64,000 nucleotides of DNA from an uncultured Nitrospinota bacterium (GTDB lineage Bacteria > Tectomicrobia > Entotheonellia > J063 > CAVPRW01). Both the position numbers and the translations under genes were made by a program. Positions within the stretch are counted from its first letter, which is position 1. Every line of letters starts with the position of its first letter. The stretch lies in the NCBI GenBank assembly GCA_963707985.1, contig CAVPRW010000026.1, positions 18,446 to 82,445 on the forward strand, given 5' to 3'. Positions 10,656 to 20,985 of this stretch are shown here, one piece after another. A model generated the notes under the pieces. The model did no database searches, had not been told where the DNA came from, and was given only the letters and a program-made list of their open reading frames with translations.

Positions 10656-11852
10656 TTACGTCAGTAGCAACCGCATCAACTCTGTGCCTTGCTGTACATT
10701 CAGCGACCCTTGCTCGCGCACCGACTCGTCGAAAGTCTGGCCTGCATCCGGCTCGACTCCACTGCCGTAGAGCGCGATCGGTACAGGCTCACGCACATGA
10801 GTTTTCAGAGCGATCGGCGTTGGATGGTCGGGCAACAGCAGTACCCGGTGGTCCTCAAAGCGTTGTTGCAGACCAGCCAGCATCGGTCCCACCACTTTCG
10901 CATCGAAATCCTCGATGGCCTGCACTTTGGCTTTCACATCTCCTTGATGACCCGCCTCGTCCGGGGCCTCGACATGCAAAAAGACGAAATCCTTGTCCTC
11001 TAGGGCCTTGAGCGCGTGCTCGACCTTACCAGCGTAATTGGTGTCGAGCCAACCGGTGGCGCCAGGCACGTTGATCGGCTCCAACCCGGCATAGATCGCT
11101 AGCCCCTTATGCAGGTCGACGGCAGAGATCACCGCCCCGGTCAAGCCGTATTTGTCACGAAAACTCGGGATTTGCGGTCGTTTCCCGGCCCCCCACAACC
11201 AGATGCTGCTAATCGGCGGTTCCCCGTGCTGGCGCCGCTGTTGGTTGAGCGGATGCTCACGAAAGATCGCTTGCGAAGCATCCATCATGCGTTGCAGCTC
11301 ACCTGCTCCGTCGCCACTGGGCAAGTACTCGTCAATAGCTCGCCCACTGATGTCGTGGGGCGGGGTTAGCGTGGCGCCCAGCAGACCTTCACGCCAGACC
11401 AGACAATGGCGGTAGCTGACGCCGGGGTAAAATTGAAAGGTGTCGCTGCCCAGTTTATCATTGAGGGCATCGATGAGCTGGCGTGCCTCCTCGGTGGTAA
11501 TATGGCCGCCGCTGAAATCGGCCATGGTGCGCTGGCCATCCGCTTCACCGAGGACTACCAGATTACACCGGAAGGCCACGTCCGTGGGCTGTAATTGAAT
11601 CCCAATGCTGGCGGCTTCGAGAGGCGAGCGACCAGTATATAAATGACGCGTGTCGTAGCCGAGGATCGTCAGCGCTGCCACGTCGCTACCCGTTGACATC
11701 CCCTCCGGGATGGTCATCGCTTGACCGGTCTTGCCAAGCCGTGCCAGAGTGTCCATATGGGGGGTGTGCGCCGCCTGCAGTGGCGTTTTGTTCGCCAATT
11801 CCGGTAGCGGCCAATCCGACATGCCATCCCCCAACAAAATAACGTATTTCAT
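10656..11852 (-). CDS. apgM: Cofactor-independent phosphoglycerate mutase, ApgM family (the 'proposed homoserine kinase' subgroup by context)
   Basis: LGDGMSD, GSDVA, YTGRSPLEA, EAPDEAGH, LPDHPTP. Confidence 0.9.
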   Translation of the reverse strand: MKYVILLGDGMSDWPLPELANKTPLQAAHTPHMDTLARLGKTGQAMTIPEGMSTGSDVAALTILGYDTRHLYTGRSPLEAASIGIQLQPTDVAFRCNLVVLGEADGQRTMADFSGGHITTEEARQLIDALNDKLGSDTFQFYPGVSYRHCLVWREGLLGATLTPPHDISGRAIDEYLPSGDGAGELQRMMDASQAIFREHPLNQQRRQHGEPPISSIWLWGAGKRPQIPSFRDKYGLTGAVISAVDLHKGLAIYAGLEPINVPGATGWLDTNYAGKVEHALKALEDKDFVFLHVEAPDEAGHQGDVKAKVQAIEDFDAKVVGPMLAGLQQRFEDHRVLLLPDHPTPIALKTHVREPVPIALYGSGVEPDAGQTFDESVREQGSLNVQQGTELMRLLLT

Positions 11853-11868
11853 CGACAGGTCTCCTTTA

Positions 11869-13179
11869 CTACGCCCCATTTTCCACACGGATCAGCACGG
11901 TTTTGGCGGTGACCTCGGAAGCGATCTGATCGATTTCGCGCAATGCCGCTTGCATATCGTGTTCGCAGGCGTGATGAGTCATCATCACCAATGGTACCGT
12001 TTCCCCCACTCGGCGCCCTTTCTGAATGACCGAGGCGATACTGATGTGATGGTGACCCAACACTCCGGAGATCTTCGACAACACCCCTGGCTGATCAAGA
12101 ACTGAGAAGCGCAGGTAATACTCTGAGAGCACCTCGTCCATGCCCTTCATGCGTAGCTCGACGTGATGTCCAGGGCGGTAGGCTGCAGGCGGCACACGAC
12201 CGCGACCGCCGGTCGCCAGATTGCGGGCCATATCGATGATGTCGCCGACGACGGCGCTCCCGGATGGTCCAATGCCCGCCCCACGGCCGATAAACGTGTT
12301 GGCACCCACCATATCACCGACGACGGTAATTGCATTGTACACGCCATCGACGCCGTAGAGCAAATTGCCCTCGGGAATCAACGTCGGATGGACGCGCACT
12401 TCGATCTCGCCATCCTGGTGTTTGGCAATGGCCAGCGACTTGACTTTGTAGCCGAGCTCTCTGGCATAGCTGATGTCCATGGGAGCGATGCCGGAAATGC
12501 CCTCGACGAATACCTGCGCGAATGGTACCTGGCAGCCAAAGGCGAGCCTGGCCAGGATGGTGATCTTATGGGCAGAGTCGATGCCTTCAATGTCCAAGGT
12601 CGGGTCGGGCTCGGCATAGCCTTGCGCCATGGCTTCACCAAGGACGGCACCGAATTCCTCGCCAGCCTCGGTCATGCGGGTCAGGATATAGTTGCTGGTG
12701 CCGTTGACGATGCCATAGATCGACTCGATGCGGTTGCCCACGAAGCCTTCGCGGATGGCCCGAATAATGGGAATACCCCCACCGACGCTGGCCTCAAAGC
12801 CCACATCGACGCGATGACGCGTGACGGCGGCGAACACTTCATCCCACGCCTCAGCCAATAAGGCTTTATTGGCAGTGACCACTGGCTTGCCCTGAGCCAC
12901 GGCTTCCAGGATGAGGCTCTTGGCGGGCTCAATCCCGCCCATGAGCTCGACGACGATGTCGATATCGGGATCGCGCACGACCACCCAGGGATCGGTCGTC
13001 AACAGCTCAGCTTCGACCTCCGTGGCGCGCTTGGCCTTCACGTCGCGCACGGCGATACGCTTGATGGACAGCGGGATGCCGACCCGCCGTTCAAGCACCT
13101 CCCGATTTTGTCGTAAGATTTTCACCACCCCCGACCCGACGGTGCCTAGGCCGAGAATCCCAAGTGTCAGCCCTTGCAT
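11869..13179 (-). CDS. hom: Homoserine dehydrogenase with C-terminal ACT domain
   Basis: GLGTVGSG, VVTANKAL, EASVGGGIP, GYAEPDPTLDIEGIDSAHK. Confidence 0.96.
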   Translation of the reverse strand: MQGLTLGILGLGTVGSGVVKILRQNREVLERRVGIPLSIKRIAVRDVKAKRATEVEAELLTTDPWVVVRDPDIDIVVELMGGIEPAKSLILEAVAQGKPVVTANKALLAEAWDEVFAAVTRHRVDVGFEASVGGGIPIIRAIREGFVGNRIESIYGIVNGTSNYILTRMTEAGEEFGAVLGEAMAQGYAEPDPTLDIEGIDSAHKITILARLAFGCQVPFAQVFVEGISGIAPMDISYARELGYKVKSLAIAKHQDGEIEVRVHPTLIPEGNLLYGVDGVYNAITVVGDMVGANTFIGRGAGIGPSGSAVVGDIIDMARNLATGGRGRVPPAAYRPGHHVELRMKGMDEVLSEYYLRFSVLDQPGVLSKISGVLGHHHISIASVIQKGRRVGETVPLVMMTHHACEHDMQAALREIDQIASEVTAKTVLIRVENGA

Positions 13180-13204
13180 GGAACACTCTCCTCTACAACA
13201 GTCC

Positions 13205-13251
13205 CGAGTGCTGAGTATCGCAGGGGCATCGTACTCAATACTCAGCACTCG
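13205..13251. repeat. 14-bp perfect inverted repeat (hairpin)
   Basis: CGAGTGCTGAGTAT (13205-13218) / ATACTCAGCACTCG (13238-13251). Confidence 0.75.
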
Positions 13252-13261
13252 TCTCTCAACG

Positions 13262-14090
13262 CTATCTCTTCATCACGGTCGCTGGCAGGCTCTCCCGACT
13301 GCGGATGTCGCTGGCGATCCGCTCAGCCCCTTCTTTGTCCCGATAGTTCCCGACTCGCACGCGATGCCAGGTGCCTTTGTCGCTAAGATCCACCGTCTGC
13401 ACGTAGACCACATAGCCTTTCTTACTCAGGCGTCCCTTCAGCTCAGTCGCCTGTTCCAGGCTGCGGGACGAGCCCACCTGAATGGTGTAATCGCCTCCCT
13501 GGCTCAGGGACACACGAGTCGCCGTGGGCGTCTTGGGTTTAGGCTCAGCGGTGACAACAGGACGGCGTGGTTCGGGCTCACGCTTTTCTTCCACCTTCAC
13601 GGCGGCAGGTTCACTGCTGGGGAGCCACCTCTGGATTAGGTGAGGGTTTGAGCCGTAGAGGAGTCGTGGCCGAGGGGCTCTCACTCTTGCTCGTCAACGC
13701 CGACTCTGGCAGGATTGGGGAGAACGCAAATTCTGGTCCCTGAACCGTCGGTTTCTTGGGCTCAGCCGCTGGGATCAGCGGGATGCGACTGCTCGTGGGG
13801 GGAGTCGGCTGCCCCTTAGACGCTTGCTCGCGTGGCAGGCTCGGTGCCGAGTCATCACTCTTGGTCGCCTGGGCTACGGGTTCGGGATGGCCTGTAGCTC
13901 GTCCCACGACTACGCCCAAAGCAAACACGAGGACGCAGAGAAAGCAATAGCCGGCAATCAGGAAGACGATCTGCCGGGTGTCGAGGCTGAAGGCATAGCT
14001 CCGACTCTCCGATGGCGGATCGGTGAGTCCGGGTTCTTCTTCGGGCATACCGCTCTCGCGCTCTCGAAAGCTAAACCGGTCAAACAGCAT
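13262..14090 (-). CDS. SPOR-domain cell division protein (FtsN/DedD-like), one frameshift near 13,620-13,680
   Basis: N-terminal TM (IVFLIAGYCFLCVLVFALGVVVG) and Pro-rich linker in one frame; SPOR domain (YTIQVGS...WHRVRVG) in another. Confidence 0.8.
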
Positions 14091-14896
14091 CACAGGCCCT
14101 CCCTGACATGTGAACGTTGAGATCCCGTCAAAGTGGTTTCCACTTTGAACTGCTCCGACAAGAACCGGTAACTTTTCACCTCTTTCCTCACGTGCCCACG
14201 GAGGAGGTCGTGGAGCACCTGTCGCAACTCTAGCTGTTGCTCCCCCGATAAGAACAGCCGCTCCGCAGCTCCCCACTGCAGAGTCGAAGCCCGCGCCAAC
14301 AAGCGCAGCGTCGCTGGTGACACCCGGCGAGCATCCGCGACTCCCGGCGCACATGATGGGCACACATAGCCCCCTAGCCCCCCACTCAGCGCCCCAGTTG
14401 CTGCGGCCAGTCGATGGCAGCTGACGCAGCGCTCGAGTAACGGCTGATAACCCACCAGAGTCAACAGCCGCGCCTCGAAGAGACGCAACCAGAATTCCAT
14501 GCGTGCGTTTTCCCCCGTCGACACGCACGTCAACAACTGCTCCAGCAACGCGAACACACGCGGCTGCGAGTCAGCATCGGCCAGCAAGGCGTCCATCAGA
14601 TCGATGGCGTAGAGCGCTGGCCGGAGCTTTTCCCAATCATCACGAATAGCCTGAAAGGAGGTGAGAATGTCCGTGTGGTCGATACGATAGAGACTTCGGG
14701 TCTCTTTACCAAAGAGCATGAGCCGAATCAACGAGAGGGGTTGCAGGCTACTCCCAAATCGACTGCGCAACCTGCCAGCCCCTTTGGCCACCCCGGCGAT
14801 CTTGCCATGTTCGAGGGTGAAACAGGTGACAAGACGGTCCGTCTCGCCCAACGGCCGATTGCGCAAGACAAAGCCCCTGGCGCGTAGCAATGGCAC
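14090..14896 (-). CDS. recO: DNA repair protein RecO
   Basis: LGETDRLV..FT..HGKI.GVAKG, Zn-finger CVSC...CPSC; follows era. Confidence 0.93.
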   Translation of the reverse strand: MPLLRARGFVLRNRPLGETDRLVTCFTLEHGKIAGVAKGAGRLRSRFGSSLQPLSLIRLMLFGKETRSLYRIDHTDILTSFQAIRDDWEKLRPALYAIDLMDALLADADSQPRVFALLEQLLTCVSTGENARMEFWLRLFEARLLTLVGYQPLLERCVSCHRLAAATGALSGGLGGYVCPSCAPGVADARRVSPATLRLLARASTLQWGAAERLFLSGEQQLELRQVLHDLLRGHVRKEVKSYRFLSEQFKVETTLTGSQRSHVREGL

Positions 14897-14910
14897 AGCG
14901 CGACTCCTCG

Positions 14911-15801
14911 CTACACGTAGCCCATGTCGCGGATGAGTTGCTCGTTTTCGCTCCAGTCTTTGCGGACTTTGACCCAGAGCGCCAGATACACCCGGGTGTT
15001 GAGGCGTCGTTCGATAGCCTGGCGCGCGGCCTGGCCGACCTGCTTCAGCCGGCTACCACGCTTACCGATGATGATCCCCTTCTGCGAGTCGCGCTCGACA
15101 TAGATCGTGGCCTCGACGCGCAGCACCCCACTGTCGGTATCTTCTAGTTGTTCGACCATCACGGCCGTCTGATACGGCACTTCCTGGTCCATGAGGGTGA
15201 AAATTTGCTCGCGGATCAACTCCGCGATCCAGAACCGCTCCGGTTGGTCAGTCAGCTGCTCCGTCGGGAAGTAGCGCGGCCCCACAGGCAGGTATTGGCT
15301 GATGGCCCGCTGCAAGGCCTCGATGTTCACCTCTTTGAGGGCGGACACTGGGACGTATTCCGCAAAGGCAAAGTGGTGCTGGTAGGTCTCGATGAGCGGT
15401 AGGAGTTGGCGGTGGTCGATCAGATCGATCTTGTTGATCACCAGAAAGATCGGGGTCTTCACGTCCTTGAGCTGTTGCAGGATGAACTCATCGGCCGCAA
15501 GCTGTTCGGGGCTTGCCACCTCGGTCACCAGCAAGATCAGATCGACACCTTGATAGGCATCGCGTGCAATCTGCATCATATGCCGATTGAGTGCGCTACG
15601 CGGCCGTGCCATCCCCGGCGTATCAACGAAGATCAGCTGGGCCTCTGCGGTCGTCTTGATCCCGGTGATACGGCTACGCGTGGTCTGGGGCTTGGTCGAG
15701 ACAATAGCGATCTTCTCCCCTACCAGGGCATTCAGCAGCGTGGATTTGCCGACATTTGGACGACCCAGAAGCGCGATAAAGCCCGACTTGAATTCAGTCA
15801 T
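14911..15801 (-). CDS. era: GTPase Era
   Basis: GRPNVGKS, KPQTTR, DTPG, NKID, KH domain QKGIIIGKRG. Confidence 0.97.
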   Translation of the reverse strand: MTEFKSGFIALLGRPNVGKSTLLNALVGEKIAIVSTKPQTTRSRITGIKTTAEAQLIFVDTPGMARPRSALNRHMMQIARDAYQGVDLILLVTEVASPEQLAADEFILQQLKDVKTPIFLVINKIDLIDHRQLLPLIETYQHHFAFAEYVPVSALKEVNIEALQRAISQYLPVGPRYFPTEQLTDQPERFWIAELIREQIFTLMDQEVPYQTAVMVEQLEDTDSGVLRVEATIYVERDSQKGIIIGKRGSRLKQVGQAARQAIERRLNTRVYLALWVKVRKDWSENEQLIRDMGYV

Positions 15802-15867
15802 TCAGGGTCGAATCCTCCTCCACGAAGGCACCGAAGCGTCCAGAGAACAGTGCTCGGCACGATCTTC

Positions 15868-17650
15868 TTAGCTCAGATCAACTTTGAGGTGCAACTCTTT
15901 GAGTTGTTTCTCATCCACCCGTGATGGTGCGTTGGTCATCAAGCAGGTTGCCCGCTGGGTCTTGGGAAAGGCGATGGTATCGCGGATGGATGATGCTCCG
16001 GTCAACAGCATCATCAGGCGGTCAAGCCCCAGGGCAATCCCGCCGTGCGGCGGAGCCCCGAGCTCCAGAGCATCCATCAGGAAGCCGAACTGTTCGTGGG
16101 CCTCATCCTTGGACATCCCCAACACCTGGAACATCAACTCCTGGGTCTCACGGCGATGGATACGGATACTCCCACCACCGAGCTCACGTCCATTCAGCAC
16201 CAGGTCATAGGCTTTTGCCCGCACCCGACCGGGGTCGGTCTGCAACACCGGCAGGTCATCGTCGCGTGGAGCGGTGAAGGGGTGGTGCTTGGCCACATAG
16301 CGACGCTCCTCCTCACTGTACTCCAGCAGGGGGAAATCCACCACCCACACAAAGGCCAGGACATCCTCCGGGATGAGCCCGAGACGCTCCCCAAGGTGCA
16401 CCCGCAGATTCCCCAGGGCATCCTCCACCACCTCGGGCTTGTCCGCCACAAACAACAGCAAATCGCCGGGTTTCCCTTCCATCTGCTGCGTGATGGCTTG
16501 CAGGGTGGATGCAGGGAAAAAGCGCGCGATGGGGGACTGAATGCCCTCAGCAGTGACCTTCATCCACGCCAACCCCCTGGCCTTGAAGGGTTTGACAAAC
16601 GCGGTGAGATCATCCAAGTCTTTGCGCGAGTAGCTGGCACAGCCTTTGGCCGTCAGACCTTTGACCTGCCCGCCCGCCTCGATGGCCTGGCGGAAGACGG
16701 CAAATTCGCTCTCCCTGGCCAATGGCGTGATGTCGGAGAGTTCCATGCCAAAGCGGATGTCCGGCGCATCCTTGCCGAAGCGCTCCATGGCCTCCTGATA
16801 GGTCATGCGCGGGAAGGGGGTGGGAATGTCGATACCGCGGCCCACCTGGAACGCCCTGACCATCATGCCCTCGATCAGCGCCACCAGCTCCTCGATCTGC
16901 GGAAAGGACATCTCGACGTCGATTTGCGTGAACTCGGGTTGGCGGTCGGCGCGCAAGTCCTCGTCTCGGAAACAGCGCACGATCTGGAAGTAGCGATCGA
17001 AGCCGGAGATCATCAGCAGCTGCTTGAAATATTGCGGCGACTGGGGCAGCGCGTAGAATTCTCCAGGGTTGAGGCGGCTCGGCACCAGATAATCCCGTGC
17101 CCCCTCCGGGGTGCTGCGAATCAGGAAGGGTGTTTCGATCTCGAGGAAGCCGCTGGCATCCATGTAATCGCGGATCGCCTTCACGACACGATGGCGAATG
17201 ATCAGGTTACGTTGCACCTGCGGGCGGCGCAGGTCGAGGTAACGATACTTGAAGCGCAGGGCCTCGGAGACCTCTTCCTCGCTGTCCAGCACGAAGGGCG
17301 GAGGATTCGACTCGGCGAGGATGGTTAGTGCCGTCGCCATCACCTCCACGTCACCGGTGGCCAGGTGGGGATTGGCACTCCCGAGCCGGGCGCTCGATGA
17401 CCGTGCCGATGACCGCCACGACGTACTCGTTGCGCAGCCGGCTGGCGTTGGCATGGGTGTCAACCGCCACCTGTGGGTTGAACACGACCTGAACCATGCC
17501 TTCGCGGTCGCGCAAATCGATGAAAATCAGGCCGCCATGGTCACGCCGCCGATGCACCCAGCCCATCAGCACCACTTGCTGGGAGGCGTGCTCTCGACGC
17601 AACTCGCCGCAGCGGTGGGTTCGCCGCAACTCCCCGAGCTCTTCGCCCAT
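15868..17650 (-). CDS. aspS: Aspartate--tRNA ligase, one +1 frameshift near 17,383 (probable sequencing error)
   Basis: [63 protein letters not shown]; split over two frames. Confidence 0.95.
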
Positions 17651-18070
17651 CACCAGATCCCCCTGCCCCTGAACAATTGCGAATCCGAACCGATCGTTTA
17701 GCCAAAAAAACTGCCGCCTCTTGGCCGGCAGAGCTGCTATGATAATATGCAGCAGGTCGTTGTATCTGTTCACCCCTGGGGGCGATGAGCACGTTGAGAT
17801 GAGGCGGGTAAGGGATGGGCGCGTCGCTCCCTCACGCGCTGAAGGCTGGTGGCTGACCTGCCGGTCGGCGACCGAACGCCAGCGAAGAGCAATTTTCGGT
17901 GCTCTCCGCGTGCCCGGCGGTGAACGTTGGGACGATGTGAAAGAATAGCGTCAATTCCTCTCCATTGCAAGAGGATTGTCACCAAGAAGCTGGCTGTATG
18001 ACGTACCCCGACTCTGTCCCGGATCCCGCACGCAATCCCACCGCGACGACCTCGTCGGTATCGCCCGCTG

Positions 18071-20614
18071 GTGCCCATTGTGATGGCGTTTTGTGTCGCG
18101 ATTCTTGCCGCCGATTGGAGTTCTACCCACTTCCTTTGGGCGATGGGCACGATCGTGCTGCTGGCTGGAGTCTGTGTGGGCCTGGCCATTCGTTATGCAC
18201 GCGCGCGTCGCCTGCTGCTTTCGGCGACGTGTATGCTCGTGCTCGGTTATGCCTATGCTCTGTGGACTGCTGTTTATTTGCCGGAGGATCACGTCTCCCA
18301 TCACCTAAGCCCGGCACCAGTCACGCTTGAGGGCCAGGTGCTGAGGTGCGTGAAGCTGGGACCGAACCGTACCACGCTCGACCTCTCGGCACGCGCGCTC
18401 ACAGTTGAGACCGCTGTGGTCACCAGTCTCTGGGCGCGTGCGCGTCACCGCGTACGATTTCGAGCCCGCGGTCGAGGTCGGAGACATCGTTCGCATCCAT
18501 CATCTGCGACTGCGGCAGCCAAGCGGCTTCCGTAACCCTGGGGCCTTCGACTATGGCCGCTACCTGGCACGCCGCGGCATTTATGCTACCGGAAGCCTGA
18601 GTAAGCAGGAGCATATCGAAGTGGTGCAGCACTCATCAAGTGTGCTGCTGGAACGATTTTCTCAATTCAAAAGCCGTTGGCCGATGGGATCGCCGCGGCA
18701 ATGGATGCGGATGAAGCCGCGATTACGACGACAATGGTTCTGGGCGTCCGCAGTACGCTCCCGCCTCAGGTGCGTGAAGCATTCAACGCTTCTGGCACAG
18801 TTCATCTCCTGTCGGTGTCGGGATTCCACGTGGCCGCCGTCTATGGCGCGGTGTTTTTTCTGCTCCGTTTCCTGATTAAGCAGATACGCTTCCGGCTGCT
18901 CGGTCGTGTCAGCGGCGGGCCACGTCCCTCCAAGCTTGCCGCCACCAGCGCCCTGGCCGTGGTCATAGGCTATGCGTGTTTGGTCACGCTCGATGGTCTT
19001 GTTGACTTGGTCGATCCGAATTTTCCCGCCATTCGTTCGACCATCATGATCACCACCTTCGTCTTCGCCTATCTCATCGACCGCGATGGGGACCCGTTCA
19101 ACATCACGTTGCTGGCAGCGCTAGTGATCCTCGCCCTCGATCCCTTGGCTCTGTTTGGCATCGGCTTCCAGCTATCGTTCGTGGGGGTCTTGGCCATATT
19201 TTACGCCTACCGCTTCCTCTCCCAATCGAGTATAGACGACATGGAACCGAACCGTTCCCCTGACACTGTGATCCGGCTCAAACGCTGGTTACGGGACGTG
19301 GTGGTCGTTTCCACGTTCGCCAGTCTCGGGACGACGCCTCTCATCCTGTATCATTTCGAACGGCTTCCCCTCATCGCCCCCCTGGCCAACATCATCGTTG
19401 CCCCCTTGGCCTCGATCGCTGTGCTAGGTGCGATCATGGCATCTTTCACGACGCAGATCCTCCCACCTCTCGGCAGCATTCTGCTCTTCCTGACAGCCGT
19501 GATCGTCAAATCGATGTATGGCGTGATCCGCTTCTTTGCGGCGCTTCCCTATGCCGCGCCCCACACCGGTGCAGTCTCGCTCCCGACCGTGATGCTGGCA
19601 TATGCGGCCCTCTTATTACTACCCTATAGCCCGGGCCATCGCCTGGCGCGCTGGGGTACTATCGGCGGCGCTGTCATGGCCAGTGTGTGGCTCGCCTGGC
19701 CCTGGCTGTTTCCGGCTGGACGTGGTCAACTCCTGGTCACCTTTCTCGATGTCGGCCATGGGGATGCCAGCTTCATCCGCTTCCCACACGGCACCACCAT
19801 GCTCATCGACAGTGGAGGCTCCTATCGCGATGATAGTGATATAGGGGCACGTGTGGTGGCCCCATTCCTGCGACACACACGGGTACGCGGCCTGGATTAT
19901 CTGGTGGCTACCCACCCTCAATCCGATCATGCCAAAGGTTTTGGCGCGATTCTCCAGGACTTCCGGGCAGGGTTGTTCTGGGATAACGGCGCACCCTTGC
20001 GATCTGAGTGGTATAGCGCACTACGCGAAGTGGCGGTGCAGCGCGGCATCTATCAAGATGTTGTGGCCGCAGGGTACACGGCGACCGTCATTGATGGTGT
20101 GCATCTCGACCTGCTCCATCCCAGCGCGACATTCCAGTCTCAGACGAAACGACGTGGCGAGCGGGAGGCTGCCGGCGAGAATAACCGTTCGCTCGTCCTC
20201 AAGCTGACCTACGGGGCCGTCAGCTTCCTGTTCACCGGCGACATTGAGCAAGAGGCCGAGAGTGTTCTGCTGCAGACCCGTGATAATCTTCGGGCCACCG
20301 TCTTGAAGGTACCGCATCATGGCAGCCGCACATCGAGCAGCGAGCCCTTCGTGCGAGCCGTCGATCCAAGCGTTGCAGTATTTTCCGTGCAACGGGATAG
20401 CCGGTTTGGTCATCCCCACCCGATGGTCGTCGAGCGCTACAAAGCCTTGGGTGTCCACCTCTTTCGCACCGACGAACATGGGGCGATCACTGTCCGCACC
20501 GATGGACAAATTGTGTGGGTCGAACCATTTCTCAGTAAGCCAGTAGTGCTCTCTGCCCAAGCTCCCCGCCACCTAGCGGGGACGCTCGGACCGTCTGTGG
20601 CCACACCTCGATAG
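18071..20614 (+). CDS. comEC: DNA internalization competence protein ComEC/Rec2, frameshifts near 18,428 and 18,680
   Basis: RNPGAFDY (OB domain), HLLSVSGFHV (competence domain), FLDVGHGD, THPQSDH, FTGDIE, KVPHHGS (MBL domain). Confidence 0.92.
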
Positions 20615-20985
20615 CTCGGAACACGGGTCTTCCGGTGGAACTGAGCAGAATCTAGCCAGTACGTTCAGATCCGAGCAGACCCCAATCCTCTGATTAGGCA
20701 AGTGATATTGTCCGTCTCCCGCTATCGAACCCTCCCTGCTGTGTCATCCCACGCATGGGCTCCCCAGCATTATGCCCATGTGGATTAGCGATCCGCTCAA
20801 CCATCGCCAATCATTAACTCCGATGACGCGAATTGGTATCAGTCTTGCCTGAATTTGTCCATAATGGCAGAAATGGCAGATTGAGCAACCAGGTATACGC
20901 CAGCATGGAATGGATGAGTGAGGAGGCACAAGGCTCAGAGGAGCGCTTTGGTCATGAGTCGGATAGCAACCTATGGAGGCAAGAA

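Noticed and set aside
17651..18070. Possible structured RNA or T-box upstream of aspS
   Set aside because: No T-box, riboswitch or tRNA consensus recognised; probably a divergent promoter region.
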